Part shown: piece by piece, positions 48,525-60,526 of the stretch
How positions within the stretch are numbered: position 1 is the first letter of the stretch
How the letters are laid out: each line of letters begins with the position of its first letter
Source: Macrostomum hystrix
Lineage: Eukaryota > Animalia > Platyhelminthes
DNA: 64,000 nt
Reading direction: 5' to 3'
NCBI GenBank assembly: GCA_950097015.1
Contig: CATNEN010000038.1
Location: forward strand, 25,048,001 to 25,112,000
The notes under the pieces: generated by a model
Database searches by the model: none
The model's input: only the letters and a program-made list of their open reading frames with translations
What the model was told of the DNA's origin: nothing
Translations under genes and position numbers: made by a program

Positions 48525-48720
48525 GCAGGAGGGCTGCGGGCACTGGCACATAACAATCCTTTGGTGACACTAGACCCGCAGCCAGCGAGGAGGCAATTCT
48601 GCCCATTCCGCTGACTCCTGAGCACACACGCACACATGGATACCGTACGCAGGCCTTGGATATTGGCCATAAAGGACGTAACGGACAAGCCTCCCCAAGC
48701 CTTCTCTCTGCGGCTGCCTT
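48525..48720 (-). mobile_element. 5'-truncated SINE family 1 copy (in probable SLC35E3 5'UTR intron)
   Basis: Reverse complement of the SINE body ctcaggagtcagcg..gggcagaattgcctcctcgctggctgcgggtctagtgtcacc; donor CAG|GTGAGT at ~48893. Confidence 0.85.
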
Positions 48721-49267
48721 CAACTTGGCAACTTCAAATTAAGGGAAGGGAATTATAACAAAAGAAATTTACTAGTTAAATTTTTGCTTCTTTTAGAAGC
48801 GCAGTTAAGACTGATGAAAATGAAAATACCGAATAATTATATATTTTTGCTGATCAAAATATATTCATATTCACTTCTAATGTATCCACTCACCTGTAAC
48901 TTATTGATGAAGCTAACAGACACATTACAAAACAGATTTCAAATGCCATATTTAGTATTATTAAACTAAAAATAGGACCAGCTAAATCGACAACAACAAG
49001 CTGAGTAAACAAATAGAAAGTTAAAAATAAACTGTTTCTTTTTCGAATTAAAGCCTTATAGAAAACTGCGTAGACTAAATTCTTATTCTAGCGGTTCATT
49101 TGTATCGGATTCTATGGAAAACCTGCTATTTATTCATAGACTAAAATAGAAAGTTTTTACTTTTACTCATCTAAGCATAATTAAAATAAATTTATTTTCT
49201 AAAGAACCTGTTTATTTGTTGTATAACATTTTTACCATAAACTATCTCAATGCAAAAGATGGCCCAA

Positions 49268-49652
49268 TACCATGGAACCCAGCGCGTTTTACCATAGACA
49301 ATCTCAATATGAACAATAGACTATTATCATAGAACCCAGCGTGTTTTTACCATAGTCTTAGTCTTAATGTGAACGATAGACTATTATCATGGAACCCAGA
49401 GTGTTTTTACCATAGACAATCTCAATATGAACAATAGACTATTATCATGGAACCCAGTGTGTTTTTACCATAGACAATCTCAATGTGAACAATAGACTAT
49501 TATCATGGAACCTAGAGTGCTTTTACCATAGACAATCTCAATATGAACAATAGACTATTATCATGGAACCTAGAGTGTTTTTACCATAGACAATCTCAAT
49601 ATGAACAATAGACTATTATCATGGAACCCAGTGTGTTTTCACCATAGACAGT
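49268..49652. repeat. Minisatellite, 58 bp unit
   Basis: accatagacaatctcaatatgaacaatagactattatcatggaacccagtgtgttttt, about 6.5 copies. Confidence 0.93.
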
Positions 49653-49794
49653 CCCTAAAAAACATCGCAGCGAACACTGGAGAACCCATTGTGACGCAAA
49701 AAGTTTTTTATTAAGGTGTCACATTATTAATTTATTTCTACACTACAGTAATTTATTGACATTATTTCAATTTCGACTTTAGTCTGGTAAAGTT

Positions 49795-50217
49795 TTAGGC
49801 AGCCGAACTGCTACTAGTGGAGTCTTCGATAGCGTGCAGCGCTGTCTGCTTTTGCAACAATTCGACTAAGTCGGCGGCGCTAAACTTGCCAGTATTCACA
49901 ACCAGAGCTTGGCCGTCAATGTAGGCCACGCGGAGACTGGGCTCAGAGCGGTCGCCTTTGATCACAACCTGGCAGGAACAGGTGAGATTTGTAGCACGCC
50001 ATCTCGGAGTATGCAGAATACTGCACAGCTGCCTAACTGAAGCCGACTTTGGATCAAATGGGTCGTATTCGAATTTCAAGCTTGATACTGGTTTCAAATC
50101 GAACTTTAACAGCCTCGCCTTGGTAATCTGTTGGTCATTTTCTGATAGGCGATTGCGAAAATATTTAATTACAGGCGACATCTTCTGCGGCCGCAGTGTG
50201 CCCCATCTTGTGGCCAT
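49795..50217 (-). CDS. MRPL53: Mitochondrial ribosomal protein L53 (mL53), 140 aa
   Basis: LKPVSSLKFEYDPF..SVRQL..RATNLTCS..DRSEPSLRVAYIDGQAL matches mL53 LRPVKQVRVQFCPF..RSTNLNCS..DGSEPCVDVLFGDG; ATG at 50217. Confidence 0.88.
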   Translation of the reverse strand: MATRWGTLRPQKMSPVIKYFRNRLSENDQQITKARLLKFDLKPVSSLKFEYDPFDPKSASVRQLCSILHTPRWRATNLTCSCQVVIKGDRSEPSLRVAYIDGQALVVNTGKFSAADLVELLQKQTALHAIEDSTSSSSAA

Positions 50218-50332
50218 ATTATCTTGTGGATTTTGTTTTGATGATTTCACTGAAATATAAGTATAGTGAAACTATCTGGCAGGCTTCAATAATTACCTGT
50301 CCTAGCCACAAAATATTTGCTATTAGCATGTG

Positions 50333-51297
50333 TTGGGATCTGTGATGATTTGAGTAGGGATTGGGAAGCTGGGAACTGTGATGATTTGCGTAGGGATTGG
50401 GAAACTGGGATCTGTGATGATTTGAGTAGGGATTGGGAAACTGGGAACTGTGATGATTTGAGTAGGGATTGGAAAGCTGGGATCTGTGATGATTTGAGTA
50501 GGGATTGGGAAGCTGGGAGCTGTGATGATTTGAGTAGGGATTGGGAAACTGGGAACTGTGATGATTTGAGTAGGGATTGGGAAGCTGCATGGGATCTGTG
50601 ATGATTTGAGTAGGGATTGGGAAACTGGGAACTGTGATGATTTGAGTAGGGATTGGGAAGCTGGGATCTGTGATGATTTGAGTAGGGATTGGGAAACTGG
50701 GAACTGTAATGATTTGCGTAGGGATTGGGAAACTGGGAACTGTAATGATTTGCGTAGGGATTGGGAAACTGGAATCTGTGATGATTTGAGTAGGGATTGG
50801 GAAGCTGGGAACTATGATGATTTGAGTAGGGATTGGGAAGCTGGAATCTGTGATGATTTGAGTAGGGATTGGGAAGCTGGGAACTGTGAGGATTTGAGTA
50901 GGGATTGGGAAACTGGAATCTGTGATGATTTGAGTAGGGATTGGGAAGCTGGGATCTGTGATGATTTGCGTAGGGATTGGGAAGCTGGGATCTGTGATGA
51001 TTTGAGTAGGGATTGGGAAGCTGGGATCTGTGATGATTTGAGTAGGGATTGGGAAACTGGAATCTGTGATGATTTGAGTAGGGATTGGGAAACTGGGAAC
51101 TGTAATGATTTGCGTAGGGATTGGGAAGCTGGGAGCTGTGATGATTTGAGTAGGGATTGGGAAACTGGAATCTGTGATGATTTGAGTAGGGATTGGGAAA
51201 CTGGGAACTGTAATGATTTGCGTATGGATTGGGAAGCTGGGAACTGTGATGAATTGAGTAGGGATTGGGAAGCTGGGATCTGTGATGATTTGAGAAT
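50333..51297. repeat. 36-bp satellite, copy 3 (upstream of MRPL53)
   Basis: Same unit as copies 1 and 2, with its own variants (gaaactgggaactgtaat, tttgcgt). Confidence 0.97.
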
Positions 51298-52142
51298 GTA
51301 TTCGGGATCGGGCATGTATAGTACAATTCACAATTCACAATGCGATAAAACAAGTTAATATTGTTTTGTAAAAATTATAAAAATCTGAAATAGATATTTG
51401 GACGCGATATCATTTGTTAAGGTTAATATTGACTCAATGATAATTTAACAAATAGTAGTTAATTTCCTGTTGCGGAGAATTTTGGCTATTGCCATTCATA
51501 AACCTGAGCAGCGATTCTGAAGAAGAAATAGTTAGCTAGAAAAATAGTTCCACTATCAGTATAGAAAAGTCTAATCAATACAAGAAATCGCAGTGTAAAA
51601 AAGAGGATCTCCCACGCGAATAAAAAGACACATCAATTAAAAACATTTACAACTCGATTCTGTGAATTTAAGTATCATTAAGCAAACGTACCGATATAAT
51701 CACATAGTTACCATGACAGTCTATTAATGACTGCCAACAATAGATACTCGTAAAAAAGATCACGGAAGCGATGGTAATGTACTGACGCAAAATAGACATG
51801 CAGGATATTCCACGTAACTATAAATCAATAGTAAATCACTATTTTTCATTTACAAACAAATGTACAAACGTTTACGTTTTTCGAAAAAAATATGACCTGA
51901 CCCTTTTGTAGAGTTTAAATTTTATAGAAGTTTTCCTTATCAAATCATAACCAGTTGTTATCAATTACATCGGTGTCAAATAGTAATATGTCTAATTGGT
52001 CATAAATCACGGAATAAAAAAAATAAAAGAATACACAGCAGTGTTTGTGTTTTGAAATGAATAAATCAACACTAGTGCTATCAAGAAAAAAACTGGATAG
52101 CTAATGAGCATCACAGAATAGTGTTTGTTTGGATCGACTGTA

Positions 52143-53035
52143 AGTAATAGGAAAATGGTCCCCTCTGGCGCAGCTCGCTGATTGGCTGGCTGGGTGGGGT
52201 GGGTGTCGACGTGGGTAGGGTTTGTGGAGGGGTTGGTGTCGGGGTCAGTAGGTTCTGTGGAGGGGTTGATGTCAGAGTCAGTAGGGTCTGTGGAGGGGGT
52301 GGGTGTCGGGGTCAGTAGTGTCTGTGGAGGGGTGGGTGTCGGGGTCAGTAGTGTCTGTGGAGGGGTGTGTGTCGGGGTCAGTAGGGTCTGTGGAGGGGGT
52401 GGATGTCGGGGTCAGCAGAGTCTGTGGAGGGGTGGTTGTCGGGGTCAGTAGGGTCTGTGGAGGGGGTGGGTGTCGGGGTCAGTAGGGTCTGTGGAGGGGG
52501 TGGATGTCGGGGTCAGCAGAGTCTGTGGAGGGGTGGTTGTCGGGGTCAGTAGGGTCTGTGGAGGGGGTGGGTGTCGGGGTCAGTAGGGTCTGTGGAGGGG
52601 TGGGTGTCGGGGTCAGTAGGGTCTGTGGAGGGGTGGGTGTCTGGGTCAGTAGGGTCTGTGGAGGGATGGGTGTCGTGGTCAGTAGGGTCTGTGGAGGGGT
52701 GGGTGTCGGGGTCAGTAGGGTCTGTGGAGGGGGGTGGGTGTCGGAGTCAGTAGGGTCTGTGGAGGGGTGGGTGTCGGGGTCAGTAGGGTCTGTGGAGGGA
52801 TGGGTGTCGGGGTCAGTAGGGTCTGTGGAGGGGGTGGGTGTCGGGGTCAGTAGGGTCTGTGGAGGGGTTGGTGTCGGGGTCAGTAGGGTCTGTGGAGGGG
52901 GTCGCTAGGTTCGGAGGACGGGGTGAGTAGGGTCAAATCACCACCCCGTCCAAAGACCCTACCAACTCCGACACCCACCCCACAAAGCCAGCCAATCAGC
53001 GAGATGCGCCAGAGGGGACCATTTTCCTGCTACTG
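52143..53035. mobile_element. MITE (Tc1/mariner-like ends) filled with a G-rich 33-34 bp minisatellite
   Basis: ~90-100 bp inverted repeats aggaaaatggtcccctctggcgca.ctcgctgattggctggc..gtggggtgggtgtc at both ends; right end ..ctactg|ta, and TA also on the left. Confidence 0.8.
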
Positions 53036-53063
53036 TATAAACAATCATTTATTGCAGCAGGGC

Positions 53064-56000
53064 TCATCCTAGATTCACACAACCGCGCCACAGAGCCAAT
53101 GAACTTCGACTGAGTCCGTTCTCTTGCGCGCCGAGACACAGCACCGCACCGCAGTCAGCTGACAAAGGAGCAAATTCTACGCAGACATCGTCCGCTTCGT
53201 CGGCTTCGTCGGCGGAGAATGCGCCAATGGTGGAGCCGCAGCCGGATGACACAGACAGGGAAGGATTAGCGAAGGCCCACGAGGCGGCGGCTGGGGCCCC
53301 AGCATTGTTGAACAAAGTTTCGGCAGTCTCCGAGCCACGAATTGGGGCCAGTTCAATAGCTGATTGATTAGATAACTGAGCAGACTGAGCTGGATGGTCA
53401 GAGTAGGTCGACGCGAACTCGCGACCTCGGTTAGGATCATGCTGTTGTTGTTGTTGCTGGGGATTGTAATTATAAAGGTTTGGCGGAGACAATGGAATCA
53501 GGGTGTGATGCACGTAGCCGCGAGGTCGCAGGTGCCGGGGCTGGGAGGGCCGCACAGGTGCCCAGGTCTCAGTGGCCAGTTTAAGCGACCACAACTGCTC
53601 TGTTGGTCTCTGGTCTCTGGTCTCGCCGCCGAACACAAGCATGTGGCCTGCGGAGCAGGGTGGGGGCGGGCAGTGGATCTCCGGTGGATCTCGACGGGTC
53701 TCTATCTATCTATTTGCAGGGGGGCCCGGGGCACTTGTCGCACAAGCGACGGAGCGGCACGCCCCCAGACCGGCGAACTAGGCGCTTAGCGCCCATCGCG
53801 CCGCCTCCCCTGAGCAGGCACCACACACAGCAGCACAGACCAGCCGGGGAGGGCAGGAGGCACCCAGAATAGGCAGCAGTGCCCCCACCCAGCCCCACAC
53901 GCACAGAGCAGACTAAGCCGGGGCGGAAGGCTGATAAGAAATCAGTCCTCAGGGGGGGGGGCGGGTGATGAGTGTACCCTTATCCAATCGCGCTGATGGA
54001 AATCCAGAAAGCGCGCGGCGGTGTACACCCGCCCCCAGCCACCCGCCGCAAGGCCTCACGCCCCAGCGCCAACGCACACAACTCACACAACGCAGAACAG
54101 GCACACAGAAGGTAGGAGAGAAGCTATTATTTCAAGCTTTGATTGCACGAAATATGGTGCACCTCCGCCGGTCGCTACTGTACAAACCCTCCAACAAGTC
54201 CCGAAATTAATCGTGACTTGAAGGGAGAATCGAACTAGCGTCCATTGGAGTGCGAGGCAGCGATGCTAGCCGCTGACCCTCTCGCCCCCTTATCTCGACG
54301 GGTCTTTTTAGAAACTATTAATTTAATAAAGCCAGATTACATCTAATCAATAATAATAACATAAGGCTGCGTACGGCTGTTCAGTCCATGGACTGGGTGG
54401 ACGTCACACTGTGCTTTAATTACCCTAACTAATTCTGGAACCCATTTTAACAGCTGGGTGAGCTGAAGTAAAGCAAAGTTGTGTCTGTTGCTAAAGGACA
54501 CAGATTTGCTTCGAAGCAAGCAAATAAAACTGAAGCAATAAACACTAAAAATGTAAATCATAAAATAAATGATTGCGTTTAAATGAACTATCCAAAAATG
54601 AGTTCTAAGTTCACTTTTAGTAAAAAAAACAAATTAAAGGAACAACGCCTTCCATTGCCCAATAAAATAGAATAATTTAAGTATCCCGATAACTGTTATC
54701 TGGACGTGATACACTAGATGTTTGTCTTTTTTTAAAAACCTTCACTGTTGATAGGGTAGTTTAGTTTTTTGTGACGTGCACTTTTTTTAAACAGTGGATC
54801 TAGAAATGTGATGCTCTGATGCAAAAAAACGGCAGAAGAAAATTAATTATAAGAGAATCATTCAGTTTAAAGGCAGCAACAGTTTTGGAATTCAAATTAG
54901 ATTTGGTTCAGCTCAAATAAGATCAAATTATGTCATTTATAAATCAGAATTCAAGACAATACAGAATCGAATTCTGTATACATAACTCTCATAAAAATGC
55001 CATCGGACATAAATGTAAAAAAAGTTAACTGCCAAATATGGAACTCGATGGGGGTGAGTGGCAGAGCGGTTATCGCGTTCGCCCTTCGCACCAAGGTCCC
55101 TAAGTTCGATTCCACGGCGAGGCCACATTTATTTGAGGCGCAGCCGCAGAGAGAAGGCTTGGGGGCTTGTCGTGCAATTCACGCCCTTGAGGGCCAACCT
55201 CGATCCAAGGCGCAGTGAAAGAGTACAATGTCAGACGATATGAGAAAGTCAGAACAAATGTACACACCTGTGTGTGCTCAGGAGTCAGCGAAATGGGCAG
55301 AATTGTCTCCTCGCTGGCTGCGGGTCTAGTGTCACCAAATGATGTGCCACTGCCCGCAGCCCTCTCGCAATTATGATTATTATTATCACATCGCATCCGG
55401 AATGACTAGGAAACAGGCATCAAACTGATGATTAAAAATAATTGGTGCTCAGAAAGCAATATCCGGATAGTGGGTAAAACACAAGTCCATTTTAGTCGAA
55501 AAAGCCACTGAAAAAGAGTTTCTTTATAATGACTTTCGATCATTTACGCGAAAACATAAATGAAATTTTACTAAAAACTAACGACCTACTTGATTAAAAT
55601 ATATTTTATTAATGCTGACAATAACTGTGAAAACCTAGGACAAAACAATGAGACACAATGGCGTACGGCTGTTCAGTCCATGGACTGGGCGGACTCCAAA
55701 AGCCTTAAGTACCCCAGCTAATGCTGGTAACCATTTAACAGTTAATTGAACGGGGGGAGTGCAGAGTTAGGTGTCTTGCTAAACGACACGAATTGTTCCA
55801 GCGGAGTCGTGTCGGGAAGCGAACCCCCGACCCTTAAGCCGAGTCCGACGCTCTAGCCACTAGGCTACGCCTCCTGTAACCAGGGACAAATACATAATTC
55901 GCTACCTTTTTGCTTCTTTTGACAGTTCGGAATGAGAACTAACGAAAATTTACAATAATTATTTAACTTTATTAATTCACAATTAAATTTTGCATTTCTG

Positions 56001-59000
56001 TACTTATAAAAGACATGAAAGTAAATAGAAAAAACCCCGCTTAAAAAAACTACGTGAAAATGCATATTATCGCATACTAAAAGTAATACAATAAGCAAAT
56101 ATAGCCCGTAAAAAAAGAGAAAAACATGCTTGCACAGAGATCCAGAGATACAGAAATAAATTTGTGGCTGAAGGATCAGAGGAGAGAAATGGATAGTGGC
56201 TGAAGGATCAGGGGAGAGAAATGGGTGGTGGCTGAAGGATCAGGGGAGAGAAAAATGGGTGGTGGCTGAAGGATTAGGGGAGAGAGAAATGGGTGGTGGC
56301 TGAAGTATCAGGGGGGAGAGAGAAATGGGTGGGGGCTGAAGGATTAGGGGAGAGAGAAATGGGTGGTGGCTGAAGGATCAGGAGAGAGAGAAATGGGTGG
56401 TGGCTGAAGGATCAGGGGGGAGAGAGAAATGGGTGGTGGCTGAAGGATCAGGGGGGTGAGAGAAATGGGTGGTGGCTGAAGTATCAGGGGGGAGAGAGAA
56501 ATGGGTGGTGGCTGAAGGATCAGGGGGGGAGAGAGAAATGGGTGGTGGCTGAAGGATCAGAGAAGACGGTGTAGCCAGCTGGCCTTACCCTGTACAACAC
56601 AGGCAGCGTGAAATGCCACCGACTGCGGCCCAGCGCCGAAGGTTTCTCCGCCATCAGCCGCTGAGCCAGACGAAGATTCCGTTGGCAATCGAATTCGGGA
56701 CCATTGTCCGATGCGAAAGCTCCAGCGCCACAGATCTGGTTGGCACAGGTTTAAACCGGAATATCCGCCGAAGACGTACATGCCGCAGTCGTGCGCGCAG
56801 GCCGAATGACCGAATCGTGGGCCGGGACCGAAGCTATTTAAGTCGGCTGATTCGCTGCTAATAGCGGGTGAATTGTCCGAATTGACATCGGACAAGGCTA
56901 GCGTGACTGGCCAAACCAGCTGCCAATCTTCTGTGCGAAGGTTGAAGCGCCACAATTCATTGGTTGGCCTATCAGCGTAGCCTCCGAAGATATATAATTG
57001 ACCATTGTGCAGTACGGCGCTGTGATTTCTACGACTGCTAGGCTGCTGATGAGGATTCTGATGCTGCAGCGGAGACAACCGACCCGTAGAGGCTGTTGGG
57101 TTTGTTATAACAAACAAATGTTCAAATCTTTTTATACGATTTTAGGCAGTCATCGAACGTTAACAAGGAGCGAAAATCCACCTTTAGATGAGATAAGAAC
57201 TCCTGCTTCGGATGAGATAAGAACTCCTCCTTCGGATGAAATAAGAACTCCTCCTTCGGATGAAATAAGAACTCCTGCTTCAGAGATAAGAACTCCTCCT
57301 TCGGATGAGATAAGAACTCCTCCTTCGGATGAAATAAGAACTCCTGCTTCAGAGATAAGAACTCCTCCTTCGGATGAAATAAGAACTCCTGCTTCAGAGA
57401 TAAGAACTCCTGCTTCAGAGATAAGAACTCCTGCTTCAGAGATAAGAACTCCTGCTTTGGAGATAAGAACTCCTCCTTCAGAGATAAGAACTCCTGCTTC
57501 GGATGAGATAAGAACTCCTGCTTCGGATGAGATAAGAACTCCTGCTTCGGATGAGATAAGAACTCCTGCTTCGGATGAGATAAGAACTCCTGCTTCGGAT
57601 GAGATAAGAACTCCTGCTTCGGATGAGATAAGAACTCCTCCTTCGGATGAGATAAGAACTCCTTCTTCAGAGATAAGAACTCCTGCTTCAGAGATAAGAA
57701 CTCCTGCTTCAGAGATAAGAACTCCTGCTTCAGAGATAAGAACTCCTCCTTCAGAGACAAGAACTCCTGCTTCAGAGATAAGAACTCCTCCTTCAGAGAC
57801 AAGAACTCCTGCTTCAGAGACAAGAACTCCTCCTTCAGAGACAAGAACTCCTCCTTCAGAGACAAGAACTCCTCCTTCAGAGATAAGAACTCCTGCTTCA
57901 GAGACAAGAACTCCTCCTTCAGAGATAAGAACTCCTGATTCAGAGATAAGAACTCCTGATTCAGAGATAAGAACTCCTGCTTCAGAGATAAGAACTCCTG
58001 CTTCAGAGATAAGAACTCCTGCTTCAGAGATAAGAACTCCTGCTTTGGAGATAAAAACTTTTTACTATAAAAATAAGACATAGGATAATTTGCCAACAAT
58101 ATTTAAAAAACGATCAAAGCTTACCAACAGGTGCTACCAGCTGCTGATCGGTGGCAGCAGCAGCTACAACAGCTCCCGCCTGCCACTGTTTGCTAAGCCG
58201 CAGCCTTGGCGTAATAATCCACATTGGACAATCCGGATAACCGCCATGAGTGCCGCCAAACAGGTAGAGCCTACCGTTAGCTCCTGTCATTGTGTGACCG
58301 TCCAAGTGCGGCGGCGCGCAGCCAGTTAGGACTAGACGCTCCCAGCCGATACTGCTATGCCAACGCCATGTGTCCTTCAATGGTTGACGGCCGCGCCTGC
58401 CACCGTGAATGTAGAGCCAGCCATTCAACAGGGCGCTGGCTTGCTTCCAGCGGCCTAGCGGACTCGACTGAAGCTCATCGACGTCGCCACAATCGTCGTC
58501 GCGGCTGAGATTGTCGCCGATGTTGCCATCTAACTGCTGCTGCTGCTGGGCTGCAGCTCCGGGCCCAGTGATCTGAAGCCACTCAACTGAGTTACTAGTA
58601 TTCTGCTGCTGCTGCTGTACGAATCAGAGAGGCAATAATGATTAGGCAAGGTGATATAAATTTGATATTGACTATCCGAATGTCGAGTAAGCAATTTTTA
58701 TTATAATCCAGCCTATAGATCTGTTCGATCTCAGGAAAATCTCAGAATTTAGTGGGATTAAACCTAACCTGAGGATCCGGAAAGGTTAACTGAAATCTGA
58801 GACTCTGAAGTTGTAAGGTTTGTCTTTTAAGCAAAGCAAAGCACAATTCAAAATATTTTTCAGTTGAAGTGTTAATTTAATGTTTAACTGTTATCACTCA
58901 AAGACTCAAAATCAATAATATGACAAGCTATTAAAGACTTGAATTGGTATCTGCATTTAGCAACATTCAGACCAATAACCACACGCTGATGCAATCATTA

Positions 59001-59420
59001 TTGTTTTCATTTATAACTATATTATTTTATACATATTCAAATGGTGTTACCATATACAATTTTACTTTTAAAGGCTTTTTGTAGATTTTTTGACATCAAT
59101 GCACTGCATTCGATGCCATATTGATTTTTATTAATAAAAACCTACTGTTAAAAATAACTTTATCTAAATTTACCAGTGAACACAACCGAGAATATGGTGA
59201 CACATGAACTGCATCAGTGCAAAATAAAGCCTGAGAAATAGAAATGTTGACATAAATTGTTTAACCTAGCTTTATATTTACAGAACTCACATATTTATTT
59301 GATTTATAAATAATTTTAAAGGATTTGGCAGGTAGGCTTAACAGGTTATTGTAAGATAATAAAACCAAATCTTACCTTAATTCTTGATGCAAATGCACTT
59401 GTATAGTCATACATAGACAT
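53064..59420 (-). CDS. Kelch-repeat beta-propeller protein, ~540 aa; exons 59376-59420, 58125-58614, 56589-57092, 53064-53647
   Basis: Phase-compatible GT-AG junctions. Kelch blades LYIHGG..DTWRW, GHTM..LYLFGG, RRNHSAV..LYIFGG..ELWRF, PRFGHSA..MYVFGG..DLWRW and FHAACVVQG|HMLVFGG..QLW (spanning the last junction). Confidence 0.85.
53702..54291 (-). mobile_element. Full-length tRNA-headed SINE, family 2, with 14-bp TSD
   Basis: TSD atctcgacgggtct at 53688-53701 and 54292-54305; 5' head GGGGGCGAGAGGGTCAGCGGCTAGC..GTTCGATTC; (ATAG)n 3' tail. Confidence 0.85.
54368..54503 (-). mobile_element. 5'-truncated SINE family 3 (CORE-like)
   Basis: Shares the 3' end gcgtacggctgttcagtccatggactggg with the 55660 copy; minus strand reads tgtgtcctttagcaa..cacccagctgttaaaatggg. 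Confidence 0.75.
55049..55392 (+). mobile_element. tRNA-derived SINE, family 1
   Basis: A and B boxes, shared body, (TTA)n tail. Confidence 0.88.
55658..55876 (-). mobile_element. tRNA-derived SINE family 3 with CORE-like central domain
   Basis: Minus strand: GGCGTAGCCTAGTGGCTAGAGCG..GGTTCGCTTCC head, then gtgtcgtttagcaagacacctaactc..ctgttaaatggttacc. Confidence 0.8.
56163..56560. repeat. Intronic purine-rich minisatellite, ~35-39 bp unit
   Basis: gggtggtggctgaaggatcagggggagagagaaat, about 11 copies, starting ~28 bp after the kelch donor at 56588. Confidence 0.93.
57185..58056. repeat. Intronic minisatellite, mixed 21/24 bp units
   Basis: gagataagaactcctgcttc(a|ggat), about 39 copies, filling kelch intron 2. 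Confidence 0.95.
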
Positions 59421-60526
59421 GTATTAAATATTGTGCAGAATTATTTTACTTGTCCAGCCAATGTCACTTGTTGCAAATTAGCTGCAGATGAAAAATGAAT
59501 ATTAAGTAAAAATCTAATAAGTAGTACACGGATCAAGTTAAATGTACTAGCAAAGAAACATGCCCATTCCTTAACAAAAAGTGAGAACTAACTTGGGTTG
59601 CTCATCGGCAAAAGGTGACTAATGTATCAGCATTTCTTATATAGGCTTTATTGGCTAAATTTCTTGCTATAATTAATGACAATAATCTATATTGCTGCGA
59701 CAAATGGATTTTTATAAAACAAATAAAAAAATGTGATGAAACTTTTGGCAATCGTGCTCTATTGGAATAAATATCAAAAACCTGCGGACGCAGGGCATGG
59801 GTATAAAAAATCTGGCTCCAAAGCACGACGCAACACAAAATGCTAGGGCCTATAATAACCTAACCAACTAACTACACTTTATAAAAAAAGAAAAGCTCGC
59901 ATGCTATGGCGTGATGCCCTGAAATTTGATGCGATACCAAAAAAGTCTGAAAATCGATGGACAGTCGGATGCAATTTGTCAACTTATTCCAATATGGCAA
60001 TTGTGCAATTTATTATATGCCTATTAACAAATTTGAATATTCCTATATAGATTATAGATTATTCTTGAAGCAATATGCTATTGGCAAAATGCTAATATGA
60101 AATTACTAACTAGGACTAGGTTTACTGTGTTTGCCTAGTTAATAGTGCTTGCTATAGTCTGTTTTAATTTAGTGTGACAAACTTGCCAGGGTGACAAATA
60201 AATTGATGGGTATACCTGGGGCTACCACAATTGTCGGAACCAACATTGGTGGGCTCCTTCATTGATGGCTCTTATATACAGCTGGCCAAGATAGTGCAGC
60301 TCACCTACTTTTGGTCCCTGAGAAGTGAGAACAAGACAGTGATTTTCTTCTGAATGACTGAACACATGTGTCATGACTATTTTGAATCATTTCTGTTTGT
60401 TGTTCTATGTTCAATTCATATTTTTTAGATTTTCCATTAATGAAGAAGTACAATTTCAAAAGGAAAAATAATTATGCAAAGCAAAGTTAAACATAGCTAA
60501 TTTGTGACTAGTCATAAAAAACAGTA

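Noticed and set aside
40393-51358. Repeat ORFs (WLSDGIRSKK, DDLSRDWEAGIC, PIPTQIITDPSF, FDSINEPLPG)
   Set aside because: Satellite translations open in several frames and strands, with frame-shifting 35-bp and 29-bp units.
53688-54305. Idea that the SINE duplicated and disrupted the kelch splice acceptor
   Set aside because: The AG within the TSD is phase 0, while the upstream donor is phase 1. The acceptor at 53648 gives a clean VVQG|HMLVFGG blade, so the insertion is intronic.
55800-55876. Functional tRNA gene
   Set aside because: No complete acceptor stem or terminator; it continues into a SINE body shared with the copy at 54368.
9430-58056. CRISPR-like 28-37 bp repeats
   Set aside because: Head-to-tail units with no unique spacers, no cas genes, and a eukaryotic context.
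56998-58099. EIRTPAS and KQEFLSL repeat ORFs on both strands
   Set aside because: 21/24-bp units inside kelch intron 2; the flanking exons join in frame without them.
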